Below, in pieces: positions 59,636 through 64,000 of a stretch of 64,000 bases of DNA. The stretch's first letter is position 1, and every line of letters begins with the position of its first letter. The position numbers were made by a program, and so were the translations under genes. This stretch comes from a virus. Where the stretch lies: positions 1-64,000 of the IMG/VR virus record IMGVR_UViG_3300032092_000013; one strand, written 5' to 3'. The notes under the pieces were generated by a model. It saw only the letters and a list, made by a program, of their open reading frames with translations, did not search any database and was not told where the DNA came from.

Positions 59636-60373
59636 TTAAGAACCGAAGATTGTTCCTGATGTACTAAATCCAGCGACCTTATTATTCTTGTTTTGAAGTG
59701 TTTCGGGCTTACCGCTAAATGCTTTTGGTTCTGCTTCCAAAGCTGGAATGCTTCCTGTATGTGCTTTACCACCAGCTGCTTTGTATTTAGAAGAAACTTT
59801 ATTATCTCTCTTTTGAAGAGTTTCTGCTTTTGCGCCAAAAGGTTTTGGCTCTGCAACAACTTCAATGGATTCACCCATTGCACCTTCATCTTCACCTTCA
59901 CCACCGAAATCTTCTCCGCCTTCTTCTCCACCTTCACCATCAAGCTCTCCTTCATCTTCACCAACTCCGCCCATAGCTCCTTGGATAAGATCGATAAGCT
60001 TTTCTGCTGTAGCACGATCAAGTGTAATGGTAACTTCATCCCCACCACCGAGATCTTCTCCGCCTTCACCACCACCAACATCAATACCGAGATCAGCAGC
60101 ATCATCTCCGCCACCGAATTCAGAACCTGACATTACGTCTTCAAATAGTTTGTCGAATAAAAATTTACTCATATTGGATGTATTTATACTTTCTTTAGCT
60201 ACTTTTTCGCAAGAGTCACAACTTTCTTCTCTTTTTGAAAAGTCAATTTCTTTGGGTTCTGCAACACCCATAGATGCCACACCTTTTTTACCAGCTATGG
60301 TGGGTGGTGTCATGTAAGGGTGAATTTTCTTATCAGAGGTATTCTGAAATGTTGGTGAGCCTTTTTTGTTCAT
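59636..60373 (-). CDS. Late Gly/Glu-rich protein, possible prohead core/scaffold component
   Basis: Full TATAAATA 9 nt upstream. GGEGGE-type acidic tracts and AEPK repeats. Has its own terminator. Confidence 0.5.
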   Translation of the reverse strand: MNKKGSPTFQNTSDKKIHPYMTPPTIAGKKGVASMGVAEPKEIDFSKREESCDSCEKVAKESINTSNMSKFLFDKLFEDVMSGSEFGGGDDAADLGIDVGGGEGGEDLGGGDEVTITLDRATAEKLIDLIQGAMGGVGEDEGELDGEGGEEGGEDFGGEGEDEGAMGESIEVVAEPKPFGAKAETLQKRDNKVSSKYKAAGGKAHTGSIPALEAEPKAFSGKPETLQNKNNKVAGFSTSGTIFGS

Positions 60374-60391
60374 ATAGATAACTATTTATAC

Positions 60392-62074
60392 ATGGGCAGA
60401 CAAAAAGTCTATTTGAACAATCCTAATCTACCAACGGTTGACGCACAGTTTGATTACGGCATTGAAGAGATTAAAGAAATAAAAAAATGTCAAGACAATA
60501 TATTACATTTTGCTGAAAATTATTTTCATATCATTGCTCCAGATGACGGCAAAATTAAAATACCACTTCATACTTATCAAAAGAAAGCATTGAGGATGAT
60601 GCGGGATAATCGTTTCTCTCTATTATTATTTGCAAGACAAAGCGGCAAGAGTACTATATCGACTATCTATTGTTTATGGACTGCTTGCTTTAATGAACAT
60701 CAAAATATTTTAATTGTAGCCAATAAAGAAAGTACTGCTAAAGAAATTTTTAAAAGAATTCGATTAGCATATGAAGAATTGCCTAACTGGTTAAAACCTG
60801 GTGTGAAAGAATATGGAAAAGAATCCATGGAATTGGCAAACGGATCTCGCATAGGTATCACCACCACAACTGGTTCAGCAGGTCGTGGTAGTTCAGCTAA
60901 TTTATTGTTTGTCGATGAAGCGGACTGGATTGAACCTCACTTGCTAGAAAGTTTTTGGGCTTCTGTGTATCCTATCATTTCAAATTCAAAGAAGTCTAAA
61001 ATTATTATGGCTTCAACACCTAGAGATACCTCTGGTTTGTTTTTTAAATTATATGACGGTTCTGTAAAGAATGAAAATAGTTGGGTGCAAATGAAAGTAC
61101 CTTGGTATGACGTTCCCGGAAGAGATGAAAAGTGGAAGAAAGAAACAATGGGTTCTATGGCTTCTCCAGAAGACTTTTTAAGAGAATTTGAATGTATATT
61201 TGATGAAGTAGGCGAAGCATCAATCAATGCAGCTACTTTTGATACACTAAGAACAAAAGCATCATCACCTGAATATGTTTACATGGATGGTTCTTATAAG
61301 ATTTGGGATCTTCCAAAAGAAGGTAGGCTATATGTAGCTGGTGTTGATGTTGCAGAAGGTGTAGGCAAGGACAATACTGTTGTGCAAATTTTAGATCTAA
61401 CTGATTTGCATGCCATTAATCAGGTTGCTGTATATTCATGTAATACTATTACTCCTATTGAATTTACTAGTAAATTGCATGAAATACTATTGCAATGGGG
61501 ATCACCATTGCTACTTATAGAGAGAGACAAGTGCGGTGCTCAAGTAGTTGATAATTTAAGAAAAGATTATCAGTATGAGAATATTATTTCTCATGGTTAT
61601 AAAGAATTGAATCGAAGCGTTATTCCATTGGGCGTCGTTTGTCATACTAATACAAAATATGATAATGTTATCAATCAAAGATATTGGATTAATACATTAG
61701 ATGCTGTTAGAATAAATGATGTACATACAGTAGAAGAACTAAGGGACTTCGTAAGGATGCCGAATGGGACATGGAAAGCTAAGAATGATAAACATGATGA
61801 CCGCGTTATGTCTTTAGGTTGGGCATTATTAATATTACATGAAAAACTTGTCACAAAATATTTTGAAGTCATTACTATGGATGAGAATAATAAACCAGCG
61901 GTTATTCGTCCATATGATTGGGGTGTAGGTTCATTTAAGAATCCAGGTGCTTTTTATATGAATGAAAAAGATTCTAGTCAATATAATGTTATTCCTACTT
62001 TTGTTGGGAGTCATTTTGGGTTTGATGATGATTTAAATGATTTAATGCAGTCTGGTTGGAAACCTCTACAATGA
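60392..62074 (+). CDS. gp17: Terminase large subunit
   Basis: YLNNPNL, ARQSGKST, ILIVANK, GRGSSANLLFVDEA, YPIIS, ASTP, GVDVAEGVGKD, HDDRVMSL. Confidence 0.95.
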   Translation: MGRQKVYLNNPNLPTVDAQFDYGIEEIKEIKKCQDNILHFAENYFHIIAPDDGKIKIPLHTYQKKALRMMRDNRFSLLLFARQSGKSTISTIYCLWTACFNEHQNILIVANKESTAKEIFKRIRLAYEELPNWLKPGVKEYGKESMELANGSRIGITTTTGSAGRGSSANLLFVDEADWIEPHLLESFWASVYPIISNSKKSKIIMASTPRDTSGLFFKLYDGSVKNENSWVQMKVPWYDVPGRDEKWKKETMGSMASPEDFLREFECIFDEVGEASINAATFDTLRTKASSPEYVYMDGSYKIWDLPKEGRLYVAGVDVAEGVGKDNTVVQILDLTDLHAINQVAVYSCNTITPIEFTSKLHEILLQWGSPLLLIERDKCGAQVVDNLRKDYQYENIISHGYKELNRSVIPLGVVCHTNTKYDNVINQRYWINTLDAVRINDVHTVEELRDFVRMPNGTWKAKNDKHDDRVMSLGWALLILHEKLVTKYFEVITMDENNKPAVIRPYDWGVGSFKNPGAFYMNEKDSSQYNVIPTFVGSHFGFDDDLNDLMQSGWKPLQ

Positions 62075-62085
62075 TAAATAGAAGC

Positions 62086-63339
62086 ATGAAGAGCTTTAAG
62101 GATTATTTTATTTTAATGGAAAATGCAGATGCTACTAATAAGCATCTCACACATTTAGATGAATTAATTCTTAAAAAGGGAAAAGAAGGTGCTATTAAAA
62201 CTTTGCAATATATTTCAGTTTTACTGGATATGTTAAAAAGTAATACTGATAGAAAGATTAACATGACTGTTAAGATTGATGGCGCACCTGCAGTTATATG
62301 CGGTAGAGACTCTTACGGTAAATTTTTTATATCTACTAAAAGTGCATTTAACAATGAACCATTACTATCTTATAGTGTAGTAGATATTAAAAAGAATCAT
62401 GGCGAAGCTCCCGGACTGATTGAGAAATTAATATATGCTTTTAATGCATTGAAAAGCGTAAATTTTGACGGCGTGTATCAAGGTGATTTATTGTTTTGGC
62501 CCGGATTAGTGCAAAAATACGTTATAGGTGGTAAAAATTATTTGGGGTTTAGACCAAATACTATTTTGTATACATTCCCCGAAGATTCAAAAGAGGCTAA
62601 AGATATTAAGAAATATCAAATAGGTATTGCCTTCCATACAAAATATGATCCTTCTGTAGATGAAGAAGGCAAACAACGATTTGTTAATAAAAAATTTGGC
62701 ATCTCTGCAGAACATTTAAAATCTAAAACAGCATATATCATAGATGCATTATTTGAAAATAAAGCCGGTACTATTAGTTTAACTGAAGAAGAAACAAACT
62801 TTGTGAGAAGAACACTACAAAATGCTGAAACTCATATCAATTTAATAAATTTCTCTTTCATAAATGGGAAGGTCGCCGACTTAATAAACATATTTTTAAA
62901 CACGAAAATTAAAGAAGGTGAATTTTTAAATGATCTTCGTTATTCATTGAATGAATTCATACAATGGGTTGGCGCCCGACTAGACAAAGAAATAGAAAAA
63001 GCTAAAAGAAAAGAATCTAAAATAGCAGCTAAAAATGAAATGACTAAACTTCTAGAACGGCACGCTGATACTATTTTACACCTATTTAACTATATTAGAG
63101 ATGTGAAGCAAATTAAGGATATTTTTATACAAAAATATAATTCAATCATGCAAGGTGCTATGATGGGAACATTCTTGATAATGCCTAATGGTGATATTAA
63201 GGTGACAAATCCCGAAGGTTATGTTGCATTTGATCAAGATCAAAATGGTGTAAAGTTTATTGATCGACTAGAATTCAGCAGAGCTAATTTTTTAATGCCG
63301 AAGAATTGGGTAAAACCAGAAACACAACCAATTGAATAA
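62086..63339 (+). CDS. DUF6267-like protein with ligase/nucleotidyltransferase-type motifs
   Basis: Start ATG 62086 lies 5 nt after TAAATA. NKHLTHLDE, TVKIDGAPA, YQGD, PEGYV, KFIDRLEFSRANF. Confidence 0.6.
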   Translation: MKSFKDYFILMENADATNKHLTHLDELILKKGKEGAIKTLQYISVLLDMLKSNTDRKINMTVKIDGAPAVICGRDSYGKFFISTKSAFNNEPLLSYSVVDIKKNHGEAPGLIEKLIYAFNALKSVNFDGVYQGDLLFWPGLVQKYVIGGKNYLGFRPNTILYTFPEDSKEAKDIKKYQIGIAFHTKYDPSVDEEGKQRFVNKKFGISAEHLKSKTAYIIDALFENKAGTISLTEEETNFVRRTLQNAETHINLINFSFINGKVADLINIFLNTKIKEGEFLNDLRYSLNEFIQWVGARLDKEIEKAKRKESKIAAKNEMTKLLERHADTILHLFNYIRDVKQIKDIFIQKYNSIMQGAMMGTFLIMPNGDIKVTNPEGYVAFDQDQNGVKFIDRLEFSRANFLMPKNWVKPETQPIE

Positions 63340-63342
63340 AAA

Positions 63343-63939
63343 ATGATAGGCAATCACACAACTTCTAATGATCAGGCAATCCTAAACAAAGCATTAGGAG
63401 ATAAGTTTCAAATGTTTTTTGATATACCTCCTATATTAAGAAACATTAATAAGAGATTTGAACGCAAAAATACATCCATATCGTTAGATACAATGGCATT
63501 TTCTGTATATGGTGCTATAGTACCTGCCATTAATGTACCTTCTGTTGATTTAAACTATAGTGGATCGCCGTTTAGTATCACATCACATACACATCCTAAG
63601 TATGATCCACTGAAGGTTAGCTTCACGGTTGATAATATGTTTAATAATTATTGGGTAATTTACACATGGCTCAATGCTTTGAGAGAAGCTCAAGAAGGAA
63701 CATATGCAACTTCTTTAAGATGTAATGATATTACTGGATTAGAAGGTACTATTGCAGAATATAGTACCGATATCACTATTGTAGGTAAAGATGAATTTAA
63801 TAATGACGTCATTAAATGGATGTATAAAAATGCATTTCCTACAACATTAGATGGTATTAGTTACACATATCGACAATCCAATGAAATAGAATCTTCTTTT
63901 ACACTTGCATTCTCAGAACTATATTGTGCTTTAGTATAA
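63343..63939 (+). CDS. gp3: Tail tube terminator / completion protein (gp3-like)
   Basis: FSVYGAIVPAINVP, YDPLKVSFTVDNMFNNYWVIYTWL, YKNAFPTTL..I.Y, F.FSE. Confidence 0.7.
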   Translation: MIGNHTTSNDQAILNKALGDKFQMFFDIPPILRNINKRFERKNTSISLDTMAFSVYGAIVPAINVPSVDLNYSGSPFSITSHTHPKYDPLKVSFTVDNMFNNYWVIYTWLNALREAQEGTYATSLRCNDITGLEGTIAEYSTDITIVGKDEFNNDVIKWMYKNAFPTTLDGISYTYRQSNEIESSFTLAFSELYCALV

Positions 63940-63957
63940 AAAAGGACTCAAAAAAAG

Positions 63958-63965
63958 TATAAATA
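63958..63965 (+). promoter_or_regulatory. Canonical T4 late promoter TATAAATA before the sheath gene
   Basis: TATAAATA lies 8 nt before ATG 63974, flanked by the AGGACT/AGTCCT inverted repeat. Confidence 0.8.
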
Positions 63966-63973
63966 AGTCCTAT

Positions 63974-64000
63974 ATGAGAACTATTCAGTCACCTGGCGTG
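63974..64000 (+). CDS. gp18: Tail sheath protein, first 9 codons
   Basis: MRTIQSPGV carries the SPGV sheath N-terminal motif. Late promoter upstream. Confidence 0.65.

Noticed and set aside
1-64000. Stop-codon reassignment; tRNA or rRNA genes
   Set aside because: Core genes are full length in the standard code and use TAA, TAG and TGA as stops. Intergenic gaps are too short, and no cloverleaf was seen by eye.

Overview
This 64-kb window is an AT-rich, gene-dense segment of a large T4-like myovirus genome, with no cellular housekeeping genes. It holds (1) the T4 replication, recombination and late-transcription core: gp43, gp41, gp61, gp32, gp45, gp62, gp46/47, UvsX/UvsY/UvsW and gp55; (2) scattered morphogenesis genes: portal gp20 (cut at the left edge), gp15, gp14, gp17, gp3, the start of sheath gp18 (right edge), three tail-collar fibre paralogues, a long fibre-like protein and an L-type lectin; (3) a ~13-kb sugar island for GDP-fucose synthesis, a probable branched-chain 3,6-dideoxysugar pathway and about eight glycosyltransferases; and (4) a dispersed 7-deazaguanine pathway (FolE, QueD, QueE, QueC, a stand-alone class-II amidotransferase, DUF366), with no DpdA/TGT recognisable in the window and two extra glycosyltransferases inside the replication operon. 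The intergenic DNA shows a strict architecture: the gp55-type late box TAAATA, or a sigma70-like -10 box, usually sits only 5-6 nt before the start codon with no Shine-Dalgarno, implying near-leaderless mRNAs. About a dozen unannotated late genes carry N-termini resembling the T4 capsid-targeting signal, including a KxDG ligase-like enzyme, suggesting a cohort of packaged and injected proteins. All calls come from motif recognition by eye; no database search was run.
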